35,815 nt of DNA. Source: Luminiphilus sp. GTDB taxonomy: Bacteria; Pseudomonadota; Gammaproteobacteria; Pseudomonadales; Halieaceae. Positions 11,020 through 19,968 of the stretch are shown here, piece after piece; positions within the stretch are counted from its first letter, which is position 1, and each line of letters opens with the position of its first letter. The DNA lies in NCBI GenBank assembly GCA_022425845.1, contig JAKMEU010000135.1, forward strand, positions 1-35,815. Direction: 5' to 3'. Position numbers and translations under genes: made by a program. The notes beneath the pieces are model-generated. The model saw only the letters and a program-made list of their open reading frames with translations. It did not search any database and was not told where the DNA came from.

Positions 11020-11820
11020 ATGTCCGCCAGGGTTCATAAAGTAGCGCTGGGGCCACTGCAGCTGTCTATTGAATGGCGCATTACCCTGTTTACGCTCATT
11101 TTGTTGCCATTTTTGGTCGCCCTCGGATTTTGGCAGCTTGAACGCGCTGAGGAAAAACGAGAGCTGGCCAGCCGGCATGCCGATCGGGCGGCAATGGTAG
11201 CACTCTCTGGAGCCGACCTGTTTCGGGCGCTCAATAGCCTTAACCCCGCGGGGGTCGATTCACTCAGTTTGGCGGATCGCAAGGTCACCCTGTCGGGACA
11301 GTTGTACCCGGATGATTACGTGCTGATTGACAATCGGATCAGAGAGGGTCGTTTCGGTTACGAAGTGATTACCCTGATGGCCACACCGGAGGGGCGTGTT
11401 CCCGTCAATCTGGGTTGGATCGCCGGTGATCCGGCAAGGCGCAGCACGCCCAGCCCGAGTCTGGTGACCGGGGACTATAGCGTTTCCGGGCGGCTTTACA
11501 TTCCCCAAAAGCAGCCTTACCAACTCGGGCCACAGAGAGAGCCCTCCGCCCTGCCTGTGGTCCTGCAATCGTTCGACGCCACCTCATTGGCCCCGGCGCT
11601 CTCGAGCGTATTGGGAGAGGGTGTGCTACCCGCCGTTGTCCGCATCGCTGCGGAGGACCCACTGGCGCTTGAGGCAAGCTGGGTTGTGGTAAACCAGAGC
11701 CCAGAGAAGCACACCGCTTATGCCGTGCAATGGTTTACCATGGCGGCCGCGTTGATGCTGGCCTTTATATTCCGCAGTTCAAACCTGCTTTCTCTGCTTC
11801 GGGGCGGATGGGCCCGATAG
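11020..11820 (+). CDS. SURF1-family oxidase biogenesis protein
   Basis: LGFWQLERAEEK, DNR...GYEVIT, VNLGWI, HTAYAVQWF. Confidence 0.93.
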   Translation: MSARVHKVALGPLQLSIEWRITLFTLILLPFLVALGFWQLERAEEKRELASRHADRAAMVALSGADLFRALNSLNPAGVDSLSLADRKVTLSGQLYPDDYVLIDNRIREGRFGYEVITLMATPEGRVPVNLGWIAGDPARRSTPSPSLVTGDYSVSGRLYIPQKQPYQLGPQREPSALPVVLQSFDATSLAPALSSVLGEGVLPAVVRIAAEDPLALEASWVVVNQSPEKHTAYAVQWFTMAAALMLAFIFRSSNLLSLLRGGWAR

Positions 11821-11837
11821 CGCGCCGAGGATCTGTC

Positions 11838-12515
11838 ATGCCATTAAAATCAGAGGTAACAGGTAACGGTCGCTGGACGCTTCTACTGATCGCCGGGATT
11901 CCCCTGACGATGATTTTTGCGGCATCGTGGTTGTGGTACGTGGTGACTGATGGCGATGTTGATCTCGTAAGTGCGTTGGGGACAAGCAATAACGGCGCGC
12001 TGGTGACACCGCCTCGGGAGTTAACAAACAGGCCCTTCACCGATGCGGCGGGTACGGTGTTTTACTGGAGCGACGTGGACCCACGCTGGACGCTGGTCGT
12101 CGCAGCGCCTGGACCGGTCTGCGGCGATGCCTGCGAGCGTCGAATCTGGCTTACACGGCAAATCCATGTGGCCCTGGGCCGCGATTTTAATCGGGTGCGC
12201 AGGCTATTGGTGACCGATGTGCCGCCTTCGGACCTGCCGTTGGATATCCCGGGCCCCCGCCCTGAGGGATGGCCTCAGGGCTTCGAGTCTGGCAGTGTGT
12301 CGGACTACCTGGCATTGGGGCACCCTGGAGTCATTGCACTGGAAGCATCATCGCAGGACTTCGACGGCTTATTTTCCGAAGTTCGTAGCGGTGAGGGCGG
12401 CTGGTATCTCGTGGACCCCGCGGGCTGGGTGATGATGCGTTTTGATGATGGACTGGATTACAAGGCCGTGATTACTGACCTAAAATTCCTGCTGAAAAAC
12501 TCCGGAGGGGGATAG
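11838..12515 (+). CDS. Conserved cox-cluster membrane-anchored protein (degenerate SCO/thioredoxin-like fold)
   Basis: N-terminal TM helix, [55 protein letters not shown] lies before ATG 11838. Confidence 0.8.
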   Translation: MPLKSEVTGNGRWTLLLIAGIPLTMIFAASWLWYVVTDGDVDLVSALGTSNNGALVTPPRELTNRPFTDAAGTVFYWSDVDPRWTLVVAAPGPVCGDACERRIWLTRQIHVALGRDFNRVRRLLVTDVPPSDLPLDIPGPRPEGWPQGFESGSVSDYLALGHPGVIALEASSQDFDGLFSEVRSGEGGWYLVDPAGWVMMRFDDGLDYKAVITDLKFLLKNSGGG

Positions 12516-13411
12516 TGGCTGAGTCGTCTGCTTATGCCACGCCACTTTGGCAGGACTATCTTGAGCTCACGAAGCCAAGGGTCGTGGCATTGATGATTCT
12601 CACTGCCCTGATCGGCATGTGTATGGCGGTACCCGGGCTGGTCCCGTGGAAGCCACTCGTACTGGGCAATCTGGGTATTGCGCTCTGCGCTGGTGCGGCG
12701 GCAGCCATCAATCATATTGTCGACGAGCGTATTGACCAGCAGATGGCGCGAACGCAATCCCGGCCGGTTGCGACAGGGCGAATTTCACAACAGGAAGCAA
12801 CCCTCTTTGCCGCGGTTTTGGCGGCGCTCGGCGTGGCTGTTTTGGTGCTATGGGTGAACGTCCTGACGGCGGTGCTCACAGTAGCCAGTCTTATTGGCTA
12901 CGCTTTCATCTACACCATGTTTCTCAAGCGGGCGACGCCACAGAACATTGTCATTGGTGGTCTTGCGGGTGCGGCGCCTCCGCTGCTGGGCTGGACGGCC
13001 GTGACAGGCGAGATACACGGGCACGCGCTGCTTCTGGTCTTGATTATTTTTGCATGGACTCCCCCCCATTTCTGGGCGCTCGCCATTCACCGGCGAGAGG
13101 AGTACGCGTCGGTTGGCATTCCCATGTTGCCCGTGACCCATGGCACGCAGTTTACGGCCCTGCATATCCTCCTCTATACGATCATTATGTTCCTGATCAC
13201 TTTACTGCCGTTCGCCACCCGAATGAGTGGTGCTTTGTATCTGGCCGGCGCGTTGGTGCTGGGGAGCATCTTCCTGTATTGGTCCATCGCCATCATGCGC
13301 GGCCGCAATGACAACGCACCAATGGAAACCTTCAAGTTTTCGATTACTTACTTGCTGCTACTTTTTGTGGTCATGCTTGCCGACCACTGGTTACTGGGTG
13401 TACTGCTGTAG
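12515..13411 (+). CDS. cyoE: Protoheme IX farnesyltransferase (heme O synthase)
   Basis: LTKPRV, N...[46 protein letters not shown]. Confidence 0.96.
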   Translation: MAESSAYATPLWQDYLELTKPRVVALMILTALIGMCMAVPGLVPWKPLVLGNLGIALCAGAAAAINHIVDERIDQQMARTQSRPVATGRISQQEATLFAAVLAALGVAVLVLWVNVLTAVLTVASLIGYAFIYTMFLKRATPQNIVIGGLAGAAPPLLGWTAVTGEIHGHALLLVLIIFAWTPPHFWALAIHRREEYASVGIPMLPVTHGTQFTALHILLYTIIMFLITLLPFATRMSGALYLAGALVLGSIFLYWSIAIMRGRNDNAPMETFKFSITYLLLLFVVMLADHWLLGVLL

Positions 13412-13450
13412 CCCGGAAGACTGACGGAGTTTTTTAACTTGGCATTGGCA

Positions 13451-14089
13451 ATGAAAACCCGGATTAGGCTGACGGTATTGGGTGTCCTGCTACTGGTCAG
13501 TGTCATCATGCTGAGCTTTATCAACAGAATTCAGATGCCTCGGGTGATGACAGATACCGAGATGCAGATCAACGGGCTTTATGTTTTTGAAACCCCGCGC
13601 GATCCCGGGGCTTTTGAGTTGCTCGATCATCGAGGCGAATCTTTCGATGCCGACGCCCTACAGGGACACTGGACACTTCTTTTTTTTGGGTTCACCCACT
13701 GTCCCGATATTTGCCCAACGACCCTGGCGTTCCTGTCACAGCTGATGGCTGAACTTGAAACGACTGAAGCGGCTGATACCCGGGTCGTGATGGTGACGGT
13801 AGATCCCGCCCGGGACACGACGGCGGTGCTCGCTGATTACGTGCCTTATTTCAATCCGGCATTCACCGGCGTGACGGGTGAGTTTGTCGATGTGCTGAGC
13901 TTTGCACAGCGATTCAACGCCCCTTTCAGGAAGGTGACGGCCAGCGACGGGACCTATCAGCTTGACCACAGTGCCAATATCGCACTGGTTAACCCCCGGG
14001 GCCACTACCACGGCTTTTTCAAGGCGCCCCTCGATCTAGCCAAGGCCAAGGTGACGTACCGCTCGGCGCGCTACCTTTGGGAAAGGTGA
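13451..14089 (+). CDS. SCO/SenC copper chaperone
   Basis: TM anchor, FFGFTHCPDICP (CxxxC), VTVDPARD, and the conserved His in DHSA. Confidence 0.93.
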   Translation: MKTRIRLTVLGVLLLVSVIMLSFINRIQMPRVMTDTEMQINGLYVFETPRDPGAFELLDHRGESFDADALQGHWTLLFFGFTHCPDICPTTLAFLSQLMAELETTEAADTRVVMVTVDPARDTTAVLADYVPYFNPAFTGVTGEFVDVLSFAQRFNAPFRKVTASDGTYQLDHSANIALVNPRGHYHGFFKAPLDLAKAKVTYRSARYLWER

Positions 14090-14093
14090 TTTG

Positions 14094-16823
14094 ATGAGTG
14101 GTGCACTGATTCTGGTTGATGGCTCGTCCTACCTTTTTCGCGCTTATCATGCGCTGCCAGCCCTCACCAACTCCAAGGGCCTGAACACCGGTGCGGCGAA
14201 GGGCGTTATCGGAATGGTTCGAAAGCTGGTGGCAGACTACCCCCAGGATCAGGTCGTGGTGGTGTTTGATGCCAAAGGCCCAACGTTTCGAAACGAGATC
14301 TATCCGGACTACAAAGCCAATCGGCCCCCCATGCCCGACGAACTTCGCGAGCAGATAGAACCTATCCACTCGATAATCCGCGCCATGGGTCTGCCTTTGG
14401 TGTGTGTCGGCGGCGTTGAAGCCGATGATGTGATTGGCACGTTGGCAGTTCAGGCGGCTGAACGCCATCAAGACGTGCTGATTTCTACAGGTGATAAAGA
14501 CATGGCACAGCTCGTGAACGAGCGCGTCACCCTGGTGAACACCATGACCAACACCATGCTCGACAGTGCCGGCGTGGTGGAAAAGTTTGGCGTACCCCCG
14601 GGGCTGATCATCGATTTGCTGGCCTTGCAGGGCGATAAAGTAGACAACATTCCCGGTGTCCCTGGCGTGGGAGAAAAGACCGCTCTGGCGCTGCTGCAAA
14701 ACCTGGGTGGCATCGATGACATTTACACCCAGATTGCCAGCGTGGCCGATTTGCCAGTGCGGGGGGCCCAGAAGCTGGGAGCGCGCCTTGAGGAGCACAG
14801 GGAGTCCGCGCAGCTTTCTTATCGGCTTGCCACCATTAAAACCGACTGCGACCTGAATCTTGATGAGGGCGATTTGCTGGCGGTCCCGCCAGACCAGCAG
14901 GCGCTGACCGACTGGTACCGGGAGCTTGAGTTCAAGGGTTGGCTATCGGCTGCGTTGACTGAAGCTGAGTCAGGTGAGGGAACGGGGGGTGAGATAGAGG
15001 CTGATGCCAGCCCGGAGTTGGAGGTTGTCACCGTGCTCGAGCCGGCCGTGTTTGACGAGTGGTTGACTGCGATAGCGGCAGCACCCTTGTTTGCCTTCGA
15101 CACTGAAACCACCAGCCTTAATTATATGCAGGCCGAGATTGTCGGCGTAGCGCTGGCGGTAGCGGGTGACAGGGCGGCTTATATTCCCCTTGCCCACGAC
15201 TACCCGGGCGCCCCGGAGCAGCTTGATCGCGACACGGTGCTCGCGAGCCTGCGGCCGCTCCTTGAAGACCCCGACCGCCCGAAAGTAGGCCAGAACCTTA
15301 AGTATGACGCCAATGTGCTCGCCAACTACGGTATTCAGCTTCGAGGCATCGCCCACGACTCGATGCTGGAGAGCTATGTGCTGGATGCAACGGGCAGTCG
15401 ACATGACATGGACACCCTGGCGCTCAAATATCTTGGCCAGAAGACAACGCACTTTGAGGAGGTGGCGGGGAAGGGGGCAAAACAGCTGACCTTTAACGCT
15501 GTGGCCCTCGAACAGGCGGCGCCCTATGCCGCTGAAGATGCAGCGGTAACCCTCAAGCTGCACCAGACGTTGTGGCCACGATTGGAGTCTGAGCCCCGAC
15601 TTGCTGCACTTTACCAGGACGTAGAGCTGCCTTTGGTGCCGGTGCTCTCCCGCATCGAACGCAATGGCACCTGGGTTGATCGCCAGCGTCTTGCAGACCA
15701 CAGTCACGAGCTGGGGGAGCGAATGGGCACCCTCGAAATGCGCGCGCATGAGCTGGCGGGACAGGCTTTTAACCTGGGCTCGCCAAAACAGCTGGGTGAA
15801 ATCCTGTTTCAAAAGCTTGAGCTGCCCGTACTGAAGAAAACGCCCAAAGGTGCACCCTCGACGGCTGAAGAGGTACTGGCTGAGCTGGCGCTTGACTACC
15901 CCCTGCCTGCCGTTCTCATGGAATATCGTAGTCTCAGCAAGCTCCGCTCAACCTACACCGACCGGCTGCCTGAGATGATCGACTCCGATACAGGGCGTGT
16001 GCACACCTCCTATCATCAGGCGGTGACGGCCACGGGCCGGCTGTCGTCTTCTGACCCCAATTTGCAGAACATCCCGATCCGCACGGAGGAGGGCCGGCGG
16101 ATTCGGCAGGCTTTCTGTGCGCCGCCTGGACGCTGCATTGTTGCGGCGGATTACTCCCAGATTGAATTACGCATCATGGCGCATTTATCCCAGGACCCCG
16201 GTCTGCTGGGCGCATTTGGCGCCAACCTGGACGTGCATAGTGCCACTGCCGCAGAGGTCTTCAGCGTTTCCCTTGATGACGTGACGGGGGACCAGAGAAG
16301 AAAAGCCAAGGCGATCAATTTTGGACTGATCTATGGCATGTCGGCCTTCGGTTTGGCGCGGCAATTGCAGCTGGGACGTCATGAGGCACAGGCTTACATC
16401 GATCGCTACTTCGAGCGCTATCCCGGTGTCGCCGACTACATGACGGCGACCCGTGAGCTGGCCCATGCCCAGGGTTATGTCGAGACACTGCTGGGCCGCA
16501 GGCTGTACCTGCCGGAAATCAATGCCCGCAACAAGCAGCGCCAGATGGCTGCCGAGCGTACGGCCATCAATGCGCCAATGCAGGGAACGGCGGCGGACGT
16601 GATCAAGCTGGCGATGGTCGCTGTGGACCGCTGGTTGTCGGAGCGGGCCCTTGATGCCCTGATGATCATGCAGGTTCATGATGAGCTGGTATTTGAGGTG
16701 GACGAGACCCAGGCTGACGAACTGGTCAATGTCTTACCGGGCTTGATGTCTGGGGTAGCCACGCTGGATGTACCCTTGATCGTCGAGGCGGGCGTGGGTA
16801 AAAACTGGGATGAAGCTCACTGA
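14094..16823 (+). CDS. polA: DNA polymerase I
   Basis: 5' nuclease ([33 protein letters not shown]), intact proofreading ExoI (FDTETT), and polymerase motifs A/B/C ([31 protein letters not shown]). Confidence 0.98.
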   Translation: MSGALILVDGSSYLFRAYHALPALTNSKGLNTGAAKGVIGMVRKLVADYPQDQVVVVFDAKGPTFRNEIYPDYKANRPPMPDELREQIEPIHSIIRAMGLPLVCVGGVEADDVIGTLAVQAAERHQDVLISTGDKDMAQLVNERVTLVNTMTNTMLDSAGVVEKFGVPPGLIIDLLALQGDKVDNIPGVPGVGEKTALALLQNLGGIDDIYTQIASVADLPVRGAQKLGARLEEHRESAQLSYRLATIKTDCDLNLDEGDLLAVPPDQQALTDWYRELEFKGWLSAALTEAESGEGTGGEIEADASPELEVVTVLEPAVFDEWLTAIAAAPLFAFDTETTSLNYMQAEIVGVALAVAGDRAAYIPLAHDYPGAPEQLDRDTVLASLRPLLEDPDRPKVGQNLKYDANVLANYGIQLRGIAHDSMLESYVLDATGSRHDMDTLALKYLGQKTTHFEEVAGKGAKQLTFNAVALEQAAPYAAEDAAVTLKLHQTLWPRLESEPRLAALYQDVELPLVPVLSRIERNGTWVDRQRLADHSHELGERMGTLEMRAHELAGQAFNLGSPKQLGEILFQKLELPVLKKTPKGAPSTAEEVLAELALDYPLPAVLMEYRSLSKLRSTYTDRLPEMIDSDTGRVHTSYHQAVTATGRLSSSDPNLQNIPIRTEEGRRIRQAFCAPPGRCIVAADYSQIELRIMAHLSQDPGLLGAFGANLDVHSATAAEVFSVSLDDVTGDQRRKAKAINFGLIYGMSAFGLARQLQLGRHEAQAYIDRYFERYPGVADYMTATRELAHAQGYVETLLGRRLYLPEINARNKQRQMAAERTAINAPMQGTAADVIKLAMVAVDRWLSERALDALMIMQVHDELVFEVDETQADELVNVLPGLMSGVATLDVPLIVEAGVGKNWDEAH

Positions 16824-17485
16824 TCCAAGGGTGACGCCTCAGGCTCCAGTACGGACGTATCCGTCAACCAGGTATTGAGCTGCGTCCGCAGCTCGGGCAG
16901 TCCGTCGCCTTTAAGGGAAGAAAAGCATTGGGCGGTGACCAGATCCCCGAACTCCAACAGTCGCGCCTGAACCCCCAATAATGTCGATTTTGCGGGTCCG
17001 CGTTTGAGCTTATCTGCTTTGGTGAGCAGGACATGGACGGGCATTTGTGCCGCTGCCGCCCAGCCAATCATCTGCTCATCGGCGTCGGTTAGCGGGTGGC
17101 GTATATCCATAAGCAGTATCAGGCCCCTCAGGCTTTCACGGCGCTGCAAGTAGGAGGCCATGTGGCGGTTCCATTCCTTTTTCAACTTCAGCGGAACTTT
17201 GGCGTAGCCGTAGCCCGGAAGATCCACCAGCCGCTGGTTATCGCTCAGCGAAAAGAAGTTGATGAGTTGCGTACGCCCGGGGGTGCGGCTGGTTCTCGCC
17301 AGCTTGCGGTTGCCCGTCAGCGTGTTGATGGCGCTGGACTTCCCGGCATTGGAGCGACCCGCAAACGCCACCTCGGAGCCCTGGTCGGCAGGCGCATTGC
17401 TGATCTGGCTGGCGCTTTGCAGGAACGTCGCGGCACGGAAATCAACGCGCTGCAGGGTGTTTTCAGGGTGTCCATCAGTGGTCAT
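16817..17485 (-). CDS. engB: Ribosome biogenesis GTPase YihA/YsxC
   Basis: G1 [10 protein letters not shown]2 TPGRT, G3 DLPGYG, G4 TKADK. Start trimmed to ATG 17485. The 3' end overlaps polA by 7 nt. Confidence 0.95.
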   Translation of the reverse strand: MTTDGHPENTLQRVDFRAATFLQSASQISNAPADQGSEVAFAGRSNAGKSSAINTLTGNRKLARTSRTPGRTQLINFFSLSDNQRLVDLPGYGYAKVPLKLKKEWNRHMASYLQRRESLRGLILLMDIRHPLTDADEQMIGWAAAAQMPVHVLLTKADKLKRGPAKSTLLGVQARLLEFGDLVTAQCFSSLKGDGLPELRTQLNTWLTDTSVLEPEASPLDQ

Positions 17486-17494
17486 TGTTGACTT

Positions 17495-17523
17495 TTGTCC
17501 CGAGGGGGGTGTTTGTCTATAAT
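17495..17523 (+). promoter_or_regulatory. Sigma70 promoter for the cytochrome c5-c4-dsbA genes
   Basis: TTGTCC (17495-17500), 17-nt spacer, TATAAT (17518-17523), then GC-rich GCCACGCGC. Confidence 0.65.
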
Positions 17524-17615
17524 GCCACGCGCTCTTCCCTGCAGCACATACCGGGCGCACCATGGTCGAAGTCGCCAAGGCGCATTGGCCCAGTATCACA
17601 GAATGAGGAATTGTT

Positions 17616-17933
17616 ATGAACCGAATAAAAGTACTGCGGCGTATAGCTGCTCCGGCCACCCTGGTCATCGCGGCAATGGCGGCGCCAGCGCTGGCGGAAC
17701 TCAATATGGACAAATACGGAAAGTCCTGCGCGATGTGCCACGTTTCGGGTGCTGCCGGGGCGCCAAAGACTCACGATGTGGCTGCCTGGGAACCTCGCAT
17801 GGCCAAGGGTATGGATGCGCTGGTGGCTTCGGTCAAAAATGGTCTCAATGCAATGCCGCCCACAGGTCTCTGCGCGGATTGTACTGACGAGGAATATGCA
17901 GCGCTGATTACATACATGGCGTCGCCCGAATAA
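17616..17933 (+). CDS. Cytochrome c5-family monoheme cytochrome
   Basis: Signal peptide, CAMCH, GAAGAPK, W.PR..KG, NAMPP.GLCADC (axial Met plus the c5-type Cys pair). Confidence 0.92.
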   Translation: MNRIKVLRRIAAPATLVIAAMAAPALAELNMDKYGKSCAMCHVSGAAGAPKTHDVAAWEPRMAKGMDALVASVKNGLNAMPPTGLCADCTDEEYAALITYMASPE

Positions 17934-17966
17934 GGTCAACAGCAACACCAGATTGGAAGTTTGAAT

Positions 17967-18596
17967 ATGAGTAGGATAATCGCGACGGCCGTGCTGGCGT
18001 TCATGGCAACAATGTCCCAGGCTGCCGAGCTGCTGAAAGGCGACGCGGCTGCCGGAGAAGGGAAGGCAGTCACCTGTGGCGCCTGCCATGGTGCAGACGG
18101 CAATAGTGTAGTGCCCAATTTTCCCAAGCTTGCGGGTCTTGGGGAGAAGTATCTGCTGAAGCAGATGCAGGACATCCGTGACGGGCGTCGCATGGTAGCC
18201 GCGATGGCGGGTCAGGTGGACAACATGTCGGATCAGGATCTCGCCGACATAGCCGCCTTTTATGACGGTAAAGCACGTACGCCGGAGCTGGCGGACGCCG
18301 ACCTGCTCGAGCTGGGCCGCAAGGTCTACATGTCAGGAATAATGGATCGCAAGGTAGCAGCCTGTTCCGGGTGTCATAGCCCGACAGGAAAAGGTAATGG
18401 GCCGGGAGGATTTCCGGGTCTTGCGGGACAACATGCTGATTACATAGCCGCGCAGCTGAAGATGTTTCGCAAAGGCTATGAGGATCCTGCGGGACGCACC
18501 AACGACGGCGGCAGCAAGATCATGCGAACGACGGCTTTCGAGCTCAGTGATCTGGAGATCGAAGCCGTATCCAGCTACGCCGCTGGCCTGAGATAA
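17967..18596 (+). CDS. Cytochrome c4 (diheme)
   Basis: Signal peptide, GDAAAG, CGACH and CSGCH, FPKLAG and FPGLAGQ, two axial Met positions. Confidence 0.93.
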   Translation: MSRIIATAVLAFMATMSQAAELLKGDAAAGEGKAVTCGACHGADGNSVVPNFPKLAGLGEKYLLKQMQDIRDGRRMVAAMAGQVDNMSDQDLADIAAFYDGKARTPELADADLLELGRKVYMSGIMDRKVAACSGCHSPTGKGNGPGGFPGLAGQHADYIAAQLKMFRKGYEDPAGRTNDGGSKIMRTTAFELSDLEIEAVSSYAAGLR

Positions 18597-18708
18597 GCTC
18601 GGGGCCGAGCGGAACTCCCGTTTCCCCAGCAGGTCCAACTCTTGGTAGGCTAAGGTCCATCTTCGGTGGGCGTTGGCCTTCCGGTTAAGCAGTGCAGTGG
18701 AGCCACCT

Positions 18709-19353
18709 ATGATGTCAACAATGCAGCGAATGATTCTGGTGATGTGTGCGGCCCTCGTCGTCCTGTCGGGTAGCGTTTCGGCGCAGTCTGAGTGGCGTGA
18801 GGGAGAGCATTACACGGTCGTCAATCCCGCAGTACGGGTGGGCCCTACGGATCAGGTCATCGTGACAGAGTTCTTCTGGTACGGGTGTGGGCACTGCTAT
18901 ACCTTCGAGCCCATGCTGCAGGCCTGGAAGCAGTCCCTTCCTGATGGGTCAAGGTTGCAGCCTTCGCCGGCCATGTGGAATGACGGCATGAAGCTGCACG
19001 CCAAGGCTTATTTCACGGCCGAGACGCTGGGTGTACTTGACCCCATGCACAGCGCGATTTTCAAAGCCATGCATGTGAATCGCAATCGGCTCGCTTCCAA
19101 GGGCGCGATCAGGGAGCTCTTTGTTGCCAACGGGGTGCCTGGGGCCGACTTTGACCGGGCCTTTGATTCCTTTGGCGTTAACAGTCAGGTAAATCAAGCT
19201 GAGGCGCGAGCTCGCTCGGCAAAAATATCCGGCACGCCCTCTGTCATGGTGAATGGGAAATACCTTATCGAGGCGCGCAAAGCCGGCAGTCAGGCCAACA
19301 TGCTTAAAATCGCCGAGTATCTGGTTGAGCTGGAACTGGCGAAGAACTCCTAA
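18709..19353 (+). CDS. dsbA: Thiol:disulfide interchange protein DsbA
   Basis: Signal peptide, EFFWYGCGHCYTFEP, cis-Pro loop GTPS, VNGKY. Start could be 18709, 18712 or 18721. Confidence 0.92.
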   Translation: MMSTMQRMILVMCAALVVLSGSVSAQSEWREGEHYTVVNPAVRVGPTDQVIVTEFFWYGCGHCYTFEPMLQAWKQSLPDGSRLQPSPAMWNDGMKLHAKAYFTAETLGVLDPMHSAIFKAMHVNRNRLASKGAIRELFVANGVPGADFDRAFDSFGVNSQVNQAEARARSAKISGTPSVMVNGKYLIEARKAGSQANMLKIAEYLVELELAKNS

Positions 19354-19363
19354 ACCCTGCGTT

Positions 19364-19843
19364 TTATGCCCTGCCCGTCAGGGGCAATGCCGAGTGCGTG
19401 ACGACTTTGCGTAACTCAAAGCTCGAGTGCACCCCGGTCACCCCCGGGATACGAGTCAGTTTCCCCAGCAGAAATTGCTCATAGTGGACCATATCAGCGA
19501 CGACCGCTTTTATGAGGTAGTCAGCGCTCTGACCTGTCACCACAGAGCACGCCACGACTTCTGGAAAATCCACCACCGCCCTTTCGAAGGCCTCAAAGCG
19601 CTCGGGTGTGTGTCTGTCCATTGTGATGCCAATATGGGCCGTGAGTGCCAGACCCAGTTTGGACTGGTCCAGAAGTGTCACGCGCTCCAGAATAATGCCG
19701 GCTGCCTCGAGACGTTTGACCCGCCGAGCACAGGGTGTGGGCGTCAGGCCGACCCGCTCCGCCAGTTCCAGATTGCTCAAACCCGCATTGCGCTGCAGTA
19801 AATCGAGAATCTTCAAGTCGGTTCTGTCCAGCTGTATATCCAT
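19364..19843 (-). CDS. Lrp/AsnC-family transcriptional regulator
   Basis: LDRTDLKILDLLQRNA.LSN.ELAERVGLTPTPCARRVKRLE HTH, plus a C-terminal RAM domain (VTGQSADYLIK). Confidence 0.93.
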   Translation of the reverse strand: MDIQLDRTDLKILDLLQRNAGLSNLELAERVGLTPTPCARRVKRLEAAGIILERVTLLDQSKLGLALTAHIGITMDRHTPERFEAFERAVVDFPEVVACSVVTGQSADYLIKAVVADMVHYEQFLLGKLTRIPGVTGVHSSFELRKVVTHSALPLTGRA

Positions 19844-19968
19844 AGTTTTAGATAAAAACACCAAAAAAATAATGATATGTAATTTTATACACTAAATTAA
19901 GTCCGATTCTATAGCGTATTTGGTGAAAAAACCCCTGTCTGACGCGCTACCATAGGGTCAATCAAACG
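19844..19968. promoter_or_regulatory. AT-rich divergent lrp/leuA control region
   Basis: Visibly the most AT-rich stretch of the window, with A-tracts and a CACCAAA (19859-19865) / TTTGGTG (19919-19925) inverted pair. Confidence 0.6.

Noticed and set aside
14019-16679. Long antisense ORFs opposite polA (259, 280 and 164 aa)
   Set aside because: Typical shadow frames of a GC-rich coding strand, with no domain motifs.
17486-17713. N-terminal extensions given by the ORF track for engB (also hemF, aroE, gamma-CA, coxB, argE, ilvE)
   Set aside because: These are longest-ORF artefacts. They run into neighbouring genes or promoters, and downstream starts fit the family N-termini better.
18597-18625. 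GCTCG-GGGC-CGAGC hairpin after cytochrome c4 as a terminator
   Set aside because: Short stem with no U-tract; at most an mRNA stability element.
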